Part shown: positions 9,859 to 18,428 of the stretch, in pieces
Numbering within the stretch: the first letter of the stretch is position 1
Layout of the letters: the number at the start of each line of letters is the position of its first letter
DNA from: Patescibacteria group bacterium
GTDB lineage: Bacteria > Patescibacteriota > Patescibacteriia > Patescibacteriales > UBA12465
Assembly (NCBI GenBank): GCA_041650775.1
Contig: JBAZKO010000001.1
Location: 65,259-129,258 of the forward strand
DNA: 64,000 nt
Direction: 5' to 3'
Program-made: the position numbers and the translations under genes
The notes under the pieces: model-generated
What the model was told of the DNA's origin: nothing
Database searches by the model: none
Seen by the model: only the letters and a program-made list of their open reading frames with translations

Positions 9859-10605
9859 CTATTCCCAATACAGTTTCAAACCGAGCATAATCAAGACTCC
9901 GACGACGATGCTTAACAGCTGAAATAAAGATTTATAAACGGCCGTTTCTTTCTTCAGTTCCGGAATCAAATCGGCGGTGGCGATATAGATAAAGCCGCCA
10001 GCCGTAAACGGAATGATAAATTCTGAAAAACCGGCCATTTTAGAACTGAACAAGACCGCGGCCAGAGCCCCCAAAATCGCTGTCAGAGCCGTTAAAAAAT
10101 TCAGGAACAAAGCGCGGCGGCGGGAATAGCCGGCGTAAAGCAGGACGCCGAAGTCGCCGATTTCCTGAGGAATCTCATGGGCAATGACCGCAATCAAAGT
10201 AGCTATGCCCAAAGGAACGCTGATTAAAAAAGAGCCGGCGATGACCACGCCGTCAAAAAAATTATGTAAGCAGTCTCCCACCAGATTCATCGTCCCTAGA
10301 TGATGCGGATGCGTCGGCCCGGTCTGGATATGGCAATGCCGCCAATGGACAATCTTTTCCAAGACAAAAAAAGAAACCAAGCCGATAATCAGCCACAGCC
10401 AAATTCTCAGACCGCCGTCTTTGGCCGCCGCCTCCGGCAGTAAATGCAAAAAACTGTCGCCCAGAAGAGTTCCGGCCGACAGGCTGACTAAGAATAAAGT
10501 TAATTTTTCGATGAATTTAGGAGAAAAAGACAGAAAAAAAACGCCTAGTAAAGACAGGGCGGAAACCAAAAAAACACCACCGAAAATATATAGATACAAA
10601 GACAT
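9859..10605 (-). CDS. zupT: ZIP-family divalent metal (zinc) transporter
   Basis: ZIP signature HEIPQEIGDFGVLL and His-rich loop HWRHCHIQTGPTHPHH; about 8 TM. Confidence 0.8.
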   Translation of the reverse strand: MSLYLYIFGGVFLVSALSLLGVFFLSFSPKFIEKLTLFLVSLSAGTLLGDSFLHLLPEAAAKDGGLRIWLWLIIGLVSFFVLEKIVHWRHCHIQTGPTHPHHLGTMNLVGDCLHNFFDGVVIAGSFLISVPLGIATLIAVIAHEIPQEIGDFGVLLYAGYSRRRALFLNFLTALTAILGALAAVLFSSKMAGFSEFIIPFTAGGFIYIATADLIPELKKETAVYKSLFQLLSIVVGVLIMLGLKLYWE

Positions 10606-10671
10606 AATATTCGCTATTTCCTCCTCAGTATGACAAATTAACGCGGAAAAAGCAAGATAATATCTTAATAG

Positions 10672-11868
10672 CTATTCGCTTCGCAAGGCATCGACCGGAT
10701 CCAAACGACTGGCCTTCAAAGCCGGATAAAAACCGAAGAAAATTCCGACTAAGACCGAAAAAGAAAAACCGATGATTGGGCCGGTCGTTGAAGAAGCCAT
10801 ACTAATGATATTAAAATGAGAAATAATCGGAATCGCCCCTTGGCCGATAATCATGCCGATTGCGCCGCCAACCATAGACAGAATAACTGATTCTAATAAA
10901 AATTGGCTTAAAATGTCAGATTGTTTGCCGCCGATCGCCTTAGCGATGCCAATTTCTTTGGTTCTTTCCGCCACGGTAACGAACATAACATTCATGATGC
11001 CGATGCCGGAAACCAGCAAAGTAATCGCCGCGATCGCGGTTAAAAGAGTGGTCATGGTTTTGGCCGATTCTTGCGCCGCCGCAACCATACTGCCGGCATC
11101 CATAATCTGGAAATCATTTTCCTGGCTGGCTTTCAACTTATGCTCTTCTCTCAATAATGTCGTGATACTGCTGGTCGCCAAGGAGGTATTATCGACATTA
11201 TCGACGGCTGTAGTAATCATCACCTGCCCCCGGGAGCCGAGAATGCTTTTTTCGGCCGTCGTGCTGGGAATAATAACGGCGGAATCGACGGAAATCATGC
11301 CGATGCGCGAACCTAATTTGTTTAAGACACCGATAATCTCCAATTTCTTGCCGCCGACGGTAATCTCACTGCCAATCGGATTCTGGCCGTCGGTAAAGAG
11401 ATCGGATACGACGGTCGCGCCGACAACCGCGACGGTTGTTTTTTGATCGATATCATCAATTTCTATTCCCCGCCCCTGGGCAATCTGTAAATTGGAAATC
11501 GTAATAAAATTTTGATCAACGCCGACGACACTATAGCTCTTGTCGACTGAGCCGTAAGAAACGCTCGCGTTGCCTTGGATAGCGCCCGTGGCCGAAGCAA
11601 CATGATCGGCACCCAGTAAGATTGCGGCATCGGCGGTTTTTAATTTCGAACTGCTGGTAAATCCGCGACCGCGATTAGGCATAATCAGAATGGAATTGGC
11701 GCTCAGATTTTGAAATTGGGAATTTACCGATTCCTGCGCGCCTTTGCCGACAGCAAAAACAGCGATGACCGTCGCCACGCCAATAATAATCCCTAACATC
11801 GATAAAAATGTCCGCGTTTTTTTGGCGAGCAAGGATTCAAAGGCCATTTTTATGATTTCCAGAAACAT
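10672..11868 (-). CDS. ABC transporter permease, FtsX/MacB-type (module 2)
   Basis: FtsX architecture; ERTKEIGIAKAIGGKQSDI motif; 4 TM. Confidence 0.8.
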   Translation of the reverse strand: MFLEIIKMAFESLLAKKTRTFLSMLGIIIGVATVIAVFAVGKGAQESVNSQFQNLSANSILIMPNRGRGFTSSSKLKTADAAILLGADHVASATGAIQGNASVSYGSVDKSYSVVGVDQNFITISNLQIAQGRGIEIDDIDQKTTVAVVGATVVSDLFTDGQNPIGSEITVGGKKLEIIGVLNKLGSRIGMISVDSAVIIPSTTAEKSILGSRGQVMITTAVDNVDNTSLATSSITTLLREEHKLKASQENDFQIMDAGSMVAAAQESAKTMTTLLTAIAAITLLVSGIGIMNVMFVTVAERTKEIGIAKAIGGKQSDILSQFLLESVILSMVGGAIGMIIGQGAIPIISHFNIISMASSTTGPIIGFSFSVLVGIFFGFYPALKASRLDPVDALRSE

Positions 11869-11901
11869 AATATAATCAATTTTAATCTCCTAACTAAAAC
11901 T

Positions 11902-12612
11902 TTAATAGCTATTCTTTAATTTATAATTATTATCCAATACTTGTCCGTCGCGTAAATAAATTATCCGATCAGCGTATTTCGCGACTTCGGCCGTATGCGT
12001 TACCATCACGACCGTCCGCCCTTGCTCCTTAAACTTTCTGAAAATATCCATTACCTCCAGACCGGATTTAGAATCCAAGGCACCGGTCGGTTCGTCCGCC
12101 AAGATTATTTCCGGATCATTAATGAGCGCCCGGCAAATCGCTACCCGCTGTTGCTGTCCGCCGGAAAGTTCGGTCGGCTTATGATGGATACGATCGGCCA
12201 GGCCGACGGATTTAAGAAGCGCTTGCGCTTTTGTCTCACGTTCTGACGCCGACATTCCGGCATATAAAGCCGGTAAAGCAACATTCTTTATCGCGGAAAA
12301 ACGAGAAAAAAGATTAAATTGTTGAAAGACAAAACCCATCTTTTTATTACGAATAAAAGCTAAGGTAAAATCATCTTTAACGACGCCAATATTTTCTCCC
12401 TCCAAAAAATACTTACCTTTAGTAAGGGGGTGAAGACAGCCGATAATATTAAGCAAAGTCGTCTTGCCGCCACCGGATTCTCCCATAATCGCGACAAATT
12501 CCCCTTTTTTAATTTCCAAGTCAATTCCTTTTAAAACAGGGATTTCTTCGCCATTCGCCAAATAATATGACTTCCTAGCATCTTCTAATTTGATAGCAAT
12601 ATTTCCGGCCAT
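11902..12612 (-). CDS. ABC transporter ATP-binding protein (module 2)
   Basis: Walker [11 protein letters not shown]; signature [15 protein letters not shown]; Walker [13 protein letters not shown]. Confidence 0.9.
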   Translation of the reverse strand: MAGNIAIKLEDARKSYYLANGEEIPVLKGIDLEIKKGEFVAIMGESGGGKTTLLNIIGCLHPLTKGKYFLEGENIGVVKDDFTLAFIRNKKMGFVFQQFNLFSRFSAIKNVALPALYAGMSASERETKAQALLKSVGLADRIHHKPTELSGGQQQRVAICRALINDPEIILADEPTGALDSKSGLEVMDIFRKFKEQGRTVVMVTHTAEVAKYADRIIYLRDGQVLDNNYKLKNSY

Positions 12613-12636
12613 AAATTACTTGAGTAATTTTCTTCT

Positions 12637-14502
12637 TTAATAAATAATAATATCGCCTTCATTCAAGCCGCTGATTACTTCCACTTTCTTGCCGTCAGTG
12701 AATCCGGTCGTCACATTGGCGATCGTTCCGTCTTTCTTCTCCACGGACGGCTTGCCGCCGATATTATGAACGGCGGCGACCGGCACCGTCAAAACGCCGG
12801 GAGTTTCGGCGGTGATAAATTCTATCGCCGCGGTCATTCCCTCTCTAATCTGCGAAGTGCCGGTATTAGTCAAGATGACGCGAACGAGATAAGTGACAAT
12901 ACCATTGGAGCTGGTCGTTGAAGTCAAAGATATAAAGCTTATTTCCCCGGTCAGATTGGCGCCTTCTACGGCTTCAAAAGTAACTTGCGCCTTATCGCCG
13001 ACTTTTAACTTACTAATATCCGCTTCTTCAATGTTCGCCTCGATAAATAAAGTATCGTTATTGATAATCGAGGCCATAGTCTTAGCGCTGTCGCTTAAGA
13101 TGATATCGCCGGTCTTATAATTGAGCATCGCGACGACGCCATCAATCGGCGAAGTCAAAGTTGCCTGTTCCATATTATATTTCGCTCTATCGACAGAAAT
13201 GGCTGCCGAAGTAAGTTGCGATCGAGCCGAAGCCAAATCCGATTCGGAAGCGGGAGCGATCAAATCATTATAATCATTCTTCGCCTGATCCAACGCAATT
13301 TCCCGAGACTTAATGGAAATATTAGAGTTATTAAGGCTTTGCTCCGCCTGACTTTTCGTGGTCGCCAAATCGTTAACCGCCTTATTATAAGCGAGCTGAT
13401 ATTGGTTCAAGTTGCTTTTGGCATTACTGACCGATTGGACAGAACTATCCAAGCTAGAAATGGAGGAGTTGATGCTGGTGCGATTAGAACTAATCGTCGA
13501 CTTGAATCCATCTAATTTAGTCTGCGATAAATTAGCGAAAGTAATGGTAGCTTCCATTAAAGTCTGCATATCAGATAAATGATTCTGAAAAATAATCAAA
13601 GCCGCGTTAGTCTTGACAGCCGCGGCATCGACCGTCGTCTGATCGGAAACAACCAAAGAACTGACGATGGCGTCCAATTCATTACGCGCTCGTTTGGCCA
13701 CGGCATAGCTGCTTTTAGCTGTACCGTAAGAACCGGAGTCCTTGGCACCTAATACTTCTTCGAAGTCAGAATTAATCATCGTGTCATCGACGCCGAGAAT
13801 ACTATCGGAATCACGCAAAATCTTCTGCAAGGAAATATTAACGGATTTTATATTGCTGACCAGACTGCTATAAGCACTACGGATTATTTCACTATCATTG
13901 ATATCGGAGTTCATTTTCAAATTATTGGTGGCGGTCTGGACATTCAATTCTCCATTGGCAATGCTCTGGGCTGTACTGGATTTAGTTTGTTCCAAGCTTA
14001 CTTTCGCCTGGTCCAAAGATACTTGGGCCTGATCAATCGCCGCTTTTGCTTTGCTTATTTCACTAGCGGTCGGCGAAGCGTTCTTGGTATTAAAATTAGA
14101 CAGAGCGGATTGATAGCTCGCATAAGCGCCGCGCAATTCAAATTCCAGAGTTTCCGTCTTAACGCTAGCAATCTTATCGCCTTTTTTAACTTTATCTCCC
14201 TCTTTGACATAGACATTGTTTACTTCCAAGTTGCCGCTGACCGGAAAAGATAATTCCACGCCATCCTTCGCGACGACTTTGCCGCTGGAACTAACGGAAA
14301 TTTTCAAATCTTCTCTTTTGACCGTCGTTTGTTTCTGCTGAGCGACGACAGTGGTCTGTTTAGTATTCCGACCGAAAAAATAATAAACGGCACCGGCGAC
14401 AACCAGAACGATAACAATGATAATCAGAAACTTTTTCTTAAACAAAAAACCAAAAATTCCCCGTTTAGCTTTTTTGCTTTCCTCCAAAATTGATTGAGCC
14501 AT
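12637..14502 (-). CDS. HlyD-family periplasmic adaptor with long coiled coil (module 2, paralog of 7884..9797)
   Basis: TM anchor, lipoyl halves (VKEGDKVKKGDKIASV ... LTSPIDGVVAMLNYKTGDII) and about 370 aa of coiled coil. Confidence 0.75.
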   Translation of the reverse strand: MAQSILEESKKAKRGIFGFLFKKKFLIIIVIVLVVAGAVYYFFGRNTKQTTVVAQQKQTTVKREDLKISVSSSGKVVAKDGVELSFPVSGNLEVNNVYVKEGDKVKKGDKIASVKTETLEFELRGAYASYQSALSNFNTKNASPTASEISKAKAAIDQAQVSLDQAKVSLEQTKSSTAQSIANGELNVQTATNNLKMNSDINDSEIIRSAYSSLVSNIKSVNISLQKILRDSDSILGVDDTMINSDFEEVLGAKDSGSYGTAKSSYAVAKRARNELDAIVSSLVVSDQTTVDAAAVKTNAALIIFQNHLSDMQTLMEATITFANLSQTKLDGFKSTISSNRTSINSSISSLDSSVQSVSNAKSNLNQYQLAYNKAVNDLATTKSQAEQSLNNSNISIKSREIALDQAKNDYNDLIAPASESDLASARSQLTSAAISVDRAKYNMEQATLTSPIDGVVAMLNYKTGDIILSDSAKTMASIINNDTLFIEANIEEADISKLKVGDKAQVTFEAVEGANLTGEISFISLTSTTSSNGIVTYLVRVILTNTGTSQIREGMTAAIEFITAETPGVLTVPVAAVHNIGGKPSVEKKDGTIANVTTGFTDGKKVEVISGLNEGDIIIY

Positions 14503-14509
14503 AAATTTA

Positions 14510-15154
14510 TTAATTAATAAGGACGAAATCGGCGACTTTCTTATCAGTCACGGCGGTATTAAGCCAGATAGTAATCGTTTTATCAGATGTCACATCGCTT
14601 AAGGTCGCCTCCACCATAGTCCTCTTCTTAGTTTCCGAATCAACAGATGGTTTTAACATCTGAATCCCCACCGGAATAATTACTTTCTCTTCGCCGGTAC
14701 TTAATTCTTTCAGTTTCGCAAGCATCTGAGCGCGGCTTTCCGTATTTTGTTCATCGGGGCCGCCCATCATCGTTCCCCTCGTTCTACCGCCAGAAGCACC
14801 GGCGCCACTGGTTAAACTGATAATATTTTTAGAATTTGTGCCATTAGTATTAGAACTCTCTCCCTCTTTCGGCGTCGAGCTGGCGTTCTGTCCGCCAGCG
14901 GGCATATCTAACTTAAGAATAGTTACCTCATTGCCAACGATGCTTTTTACCATGCCCCGAATATCAGGCGTCCTATTCGGTTGACCAAAATCAGGCATTC
15001 TCATCTTGCCGGGTCGCTCCGCATTTTGTGGCTGTCCATTTTCTGGAAATCGATTACCAACCTGAGAATTATTGCCACAGCCAGTTAAAATCAATAACAG
15101 GGCGGGAAAGACTAAAAATGAGGTGAAAATTGTTAAAATTTTTTTTCTAGTCAT
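14510..15154 (-). CDS. hypothetical lipoprotein (first gene of efflux module 2)
   Basis: Signal peptide plus lipobox LLLILTGCG. Gly/Asn/Ser-rich linker. The C-terminal beta-rich segment VKSIVGNEVTILKLDMP...IIPVGIQMLK may be an adaptor-like beta domain. Confidence 0.45.
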   Translation of the reverse strand: MTRKKILTIFTSFLVFPALLLILTGCGNNSQVGNRFPENGQPQNAERPGKMRMPDFGQPNRTPDIRGMVKSIVGNEVTILKLDMPAGGQNASSTPKEGESSNTNGTNSKNIISLTSGAGASGGRTRGTMMGGPDEQNTESRAQMLAKLKELSTGEEKVIIPVGIQMLKPSVDSETKKRTMVEATLSDVTSDKTITIWLNTAVTDKKVADFVLIN

Positions 15155-15286
15155 AGTTTTTTAATACTTAATTTTCATATTAAAATAGCCATACCTATTA
15201 TAATAAATACGCCTATTCCTATTAATTTCTTCAATCTAAGCAAAAATGGTCCACCGCCAGGTGAACCTTTTTTGCTTTTAAAAATA

Positions 15287-15517
15287 TTAATTGCTCGGAG
15301 CGCCAGCTGGAAATCCACCATCCGGAGCGCCTTCCGGAGCGCCTTCCGGAGCGCCTTCCGGAGGTGTACCGCCTTCCGGCGGAGTTCCCATTTCTCCGTT
15401 TCGAGGCGCGTCAGCAGAATTAGTTCCGGTTAAAGACACTTGGCTACACCCAGTCAGAAAGACCAAGGGGAGCAGAAGAATGGCTGAAACCATGATAACT
15501 TTCTTCATCTTCTTCAT
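15287..15517 (-). CDS. small lipoprotein with GAPEG/TPPEG tandem repeats
   Basis: Signal peptide plus lipobox FLTGCS. The C-terminal half is (G)APEG x3 and TPPEG x2, encoded by perfect 12-nt tandem DNA repeats. Confidence 0.45.
   Translation of the reverse strand: MKKMKKVIMVSAILLLPLVFLTGCSQVSLTGTNSADAPRNGEMGTPPEGGTPPEGAPEGAPEGAPDGGFPAGAPSN
15324..15377. repeat. coding tandem repeat, 12-nt unit ggagcgccttcc x3 perfect plus degenerate copies
   Basis: Read directly from the sequence: ggagcgccttcc at 15324, 15336 and 15348, then ggaggtgtaccgccttcc. Confidence 0.8.
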
Positions 15518-15570
15518 AGCTTATTTTATATTAGTTAGCTTCAATTATATTATACCATTATATTATACCA

Positions 15571-16092
15571 TTATTTCTGAGATTCGCCATCGCTATTCCC
15601 GAAGCCGGTGCCCATTTTTTGGCCAAAACCGCCTCGACCATGATCCATACCCAATCCTGAACCGTTACCCATTCCCGGACCGCCGACACCGAGTTCTTTC
15701 ATAATCGTTTCAGCTTTAATCCGAAGATTATTCGCTTCGACATATTTGTCAAAATTATCGGCGCTAATCTTACTTAAAATCGGAGAATTGGCATTTAAAG
15801 CCTTTTCCGCTGTTACCCAAGCGTTATAATCGCCCGCGGTCAAAGCCACTTTGATGGCATTCATTTTTACATCCCCTTCCGTCTTTTTCGCTTCCATCGC
15901 CGCTTTCTGTTCGGCTGTCATATTTTCTGGTTTAACCCCATTAAAACCGCGACCATGATTTTTAATAGCCGTGCTGGCGATACCCGTCGTACTGGTCTCA
16001 TCGGAAGAGGCACTAGCCACTAAAACGCCACTAACTAGCATTGATAAAATAGATAAGGCGATCACTCCTTTTGTTAATTTCCTAATTTTCAT
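15571..16092 (-). CDS. hypothetical secreted protein with an LTxxQ-like motif and a Gly-rich C-terminus
   Basis: Signal peptide. NMTAEQKAAMEAKK resembles the LTxxQ motif of the Spy/CpxP/ZraP periplasmic family. C-terminus GGPGMGNGSGLGMDHGRGGFG. Confidence 0.4.
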   Translation of the reverse strand: MKIRKLTKGVIALSILSMLVSGVLVASASSDETSTTGIASTAIKNHGRGFNGVKPENMTAEQKAAMEAKKTEGDVKMNAIKVALTAGDYNAWVTAEKALNANSPILSKISADNFDKYVEANNLRIKAETIMKELGVGGPGMGNGSGLGMDHGRGGFGQKMGTGFGNSDGESQK

Positions 16093-16203
16093 ATTAGTAA
16101 TGTTAATTATTAGACTTCACGGGGGAGAGCGCTCCCTATTTTTTCATCCCGTTTAATAACACGCTTAATAATACGCTAAAAATAAATATTTTCTTCTTAT
16201 CAA

Positions 16204-16230
16204 AAAACGCCTCAACTTTTTGAGGCGTTT
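16204..16230 (-). terminator. rho-independent terminator after the sigma/anti-sigma operon
   Basis: aaaacgcctcaactttttgaggcgttt: 10-bp stem. On the minus strand it is followed by a tttttt run. Confidence 0.55.
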
Positions 16231-16252
16231 ATTTATATTATATAGTTAATAT

Positions 16253-17065
16253 TTATTCATTATTAAACATTCTCGAATCTCCGGGCGCTAGGAACAGCGG
16301 TGGCCGACAATCCGGCGCCGGGCAATTGAATTCATTCCTTCTCACCCCCGGACGCCCGAAAAATTCTCTTCCTGGACGAACCGGTCTGACAATTTCCGCT
16401 TCAAACTCCTTTCCTTCCAGAACGCGCCCGATTAGATTAACCGGCTGACCGACCTCCGGCCTATCCAAAGGAAAATTTTTCATTTTAGTCAGAACCCGCC
16501 AATCATCGCCGTGCGAATCCAAAATATAGAAAATACCATTATTCTCTTGAGCGATAACCAGTCCCACCAGACGGCCCTCAGCCGGATTGAACCAAAAATC
16601 CATCTGACGGTTTATCACCTTATCATATAAAGGCGCCCGTTCTCCCAGGACATTATCGATTTTTTCTCCCCAGCCGGCCAGGAATAAAAAACTTCCCAGA
16701 ATCACGCTGGCTAAAACGGCGCCAACGGCGATAAACCAAACCGGATAACGGTAACTATTTTTCACATGCTTTAAATTATAGTAAAGGATGAAAATAAAGA
16801 GACCGAGGAAAATCAACCAAAAATAAGGCAGAGTCAACAAAAAGAATTCCCCCAGGCTTTTATGAGTTTGCTCTCTTATTTCCCAGCCGCTGAATTTCAA
16901 GAGATAAATCATCACCGAAACCGAAGCCGCGCCAAAAGCCAGGGCCAGCGCACCGGAAATCCAAACGACGTATTTTTTTAATAAAAAATGCCAACGGGGC
17001 TTGGGCGCGATTCCCGCTTCTTTTATTTTAGCGACCAATTTCTGGTCAAAGTCGTTAATGTCCAT
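16253..17065 (-). CDS. membrane protein, putative anti-sigma factor partner of the ECF sigma
   Basis: Starts 5 bp after the ECF sigma stop. Cytoplasmic N-terminus, 4 TM, extracytoplasmic C-terminal domain with Cys (NCPAPDCRPP). No family motif recognised. Confidence 0.45.
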   Translation of the reverse strand: MDINDFDQKLVAKIKEAGIAPKPRWHFLLKKYVVWISGALALAFGAASVSVMIYLLKFSGWEIREQTHKSLGEFFLLTLPYFWLIFLGLFIFILYYNLKHVKNSYRYPVWFIAVGAVLASVILGSFLFLAGWGEKIDNVLGERAPLYDKVINRQMDFWFNPAEGRLVGLVIAQENNGIFYILDSHGDDWRVLTKMKNFPLDRPEVGQPVNLIGRVLEGKEFEAEIVRPVRPGREFFGRPGVRRNEFNCPAPDCRPPLFLAPGDSRMFNNE

Positions 17066-17069
17066 ATAT

Positions 17070-17669
17070 TTAAATATCGTTTATAATCCGGCCGATTTTC
17101 TGCCGCGCCAATTCTTTTTTGAATTCACTTTTAGCCTTGCTAATCATCGAAGCCACTGTCCCCATCGGTTTTTTTATAATATCGGATATTTCCCGGTAAT
17201 TTTTTTCTTCCAAAAATTTTAAAATTAAGACCTCCCGGTATTTTTTATCCAATCCGTTTAAAATCTTAAAAATATTATTCTTAAGAATCTGCAAATCGGC
17301 GCCAATCTCAATATTGATATCTGCCGCTAAATTCCTGGCCGCCGCGTCGTCGATATTGACCGCGTAACCTTCGGGCCGAGCTTTCAACCGCCGGTGGCTG
17401 CTGATTACCTGATTATGAGTAATTCGATAAATCCAGGAAGAAAACTTCAAATCGCCATTAAAATCATTCAGGTTCAGATAAACTTTAATAAAAACTTCCT
17501 GCAGGATATCTTCGGCGTCTTCGTTATTAACGCTGGTCAAACGCCGGATATAGCTCAATAATCTATTCTTATAGCGATCCACTAGATACAAAAAATCATC
17601 CCGGTTTTGGAGGGCCAGTTTAACCAGTTCTTCGTCGCTCGCGTTTGTAGCGCTCTTAGAATCAATCAT
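17070..17669 (-). CDS. RNA polymerase ECF-type sigma-70 family factor
   Basis: Region 2 (DAEDILQEVFIKVYLNLNDF ... SWIYRITHN) and region 4 HTH (YREVLILKFLEEKNYREISDII). Confidence 0.85.
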   Translation of the reverse strand: MIDSKSATNASDEELVKLALQNRDDFLYLVDRYKNRLLSYIRRLTSVNNEDAEDILQEVFIKVYLNLNDFNGDLKFSSWIYRITHNQVISSHRRLKARPEGYAVNIDDAAARNLAADINIEIGADLQILKNNIFKILNGLDKKYREVLILKFLEEKNYREISDIIKKPMGTVASMISKAKSEFKKELARQKIGRIINDI

Positions 17670-17762
17670 GTTTTCACTATGATGTCCGTCTCAATTTTCT
17701 TCGCTCTTGTTCCACTAATAAATTAATACGTCCGGAGCGAAAAAATTCTTCGACTGTTAATA

Positions 17763-17790
17763 AAAGACCGGAAAAACCGGTCTCTTTATT
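17763..17790 (-). terminator. putative terminator/attenuator hairpin between rubrerythrin and the ECF sigma gene
   Basis: gAGACCGGaaaaaCCGGTCTc stem-loop; on the minus strand it is followed by ttttatt. Confidence 0.4.
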
Positions 17791-17886
17791 TCTCCGCACG
17801 GGATGAAGGTGTCGCGCCTTCGCTACCGGTTTTGGAGACCGGTGTACTACTGTTATACTAATCCCGCCAACAAGCGCTTCCGCGCC

Positions 17887-18417
17887 TTAGTAAGTTTCCT
17901 CAAAAACCTCGAAGTAAGCTTGCGGGTGGCTACAAGCCGGGCAGACGTCCGGAGCTTCGGTTCCCTCATGAATATAACCGCAATTATTACATTTCCAGCG
18001 CTTCACCGTCGGTTTCTTGAAAACTTCCCCTTTTTCCAAATTAGCCAAAAGTTTCCGGTAGCGCGCCTCGTGCTTTTCTTCCACCTCGCCTACTTCTTTA
18101 AAAAGTTTAGCGATATCGGCCTGCCCTTCTTCCAAGGCTTCTTTCTCCATCCGCGGATACATCTCCGAATTTTCATAATGCTCGCCCGCGGCGGCCGCTT
18201 TTAAATCTTCGACCAGTTCCGCCGGAATAAGCCCGAGTTGTTTCGCCCAGATTTTGGCGTGCGCTTTTTCGTTTAGCGCGGTTTCTTCGAAAATATTGGC
18301 GATTTGAATATAACCGGCTTTACGGAAAGCGGAAGCAAAGTAATCGTATTTATTGCGCGCCATGGATTCGCCGGCAAAGGCTTCCTCCAAATTCTTTTTG
18401 GTTTTTGGTCCGAGCAT
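17887..18417 (-). CDS. rbr: rubrerythrin
   Basis: Ferritin-like four-helix diiron motifs (EExxH pairs) and a C-terminal rubredoxin-like CxxC...CxxC (CNNCGY...CPACSHP). Confidence 0.85.
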   Translation of the reverse strand: MLGPKTKKNLEEAFAGESMARNKYDYFASAFRKAGYIQIANIFEETALNEKAHAKIWAKQLGLIPAELVEDLKAAAAGEHYENSEMYPRMEKEALEEGQADIAKLFKEVGEVEEKHEARYRKLLANLEKGEVFKKPTVKRWKCNNCGYIHEGTEAPDVCPACSHPQAYFEVFEETY

Positions 18418-18428
18418 ATATTTTTTTA

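Noticed and set aside
10853-11446. 197-aa plus-strand ORF inside the module-2 permease gene
   Set aside because: It is antisense to a strongly supported FtsX permease, and its translation is low-complexity with no motif. This is a typical shadow ORF.
15324-15377. CRISPR array?
   Set aside because: The repeats are 12-nt, head-to-tail, with no spacers, and in frame within a coding sequence. No other repeat-spacer architecture or cas genes were seen anywhere in the window.
15291-15704. 137-aa plus-strand ORF rich in GAPSG repeats
   Set aside because: It is the mirror image of the 12-nt tandem repeat. The minus-strand frame has a signal peptide, a lipobox and operon context, so the plus-strand ORF is an artefact.
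17803-17886. GC-rich segment immediately downstream of rbr with an ACCGGT...ACCGGT hairpin; possible riboswitch or sRNA
   Set aside because: It has no U-tract and no recognisable riboswitch consensus. It is treated only as part of the structured spacer described in findings.
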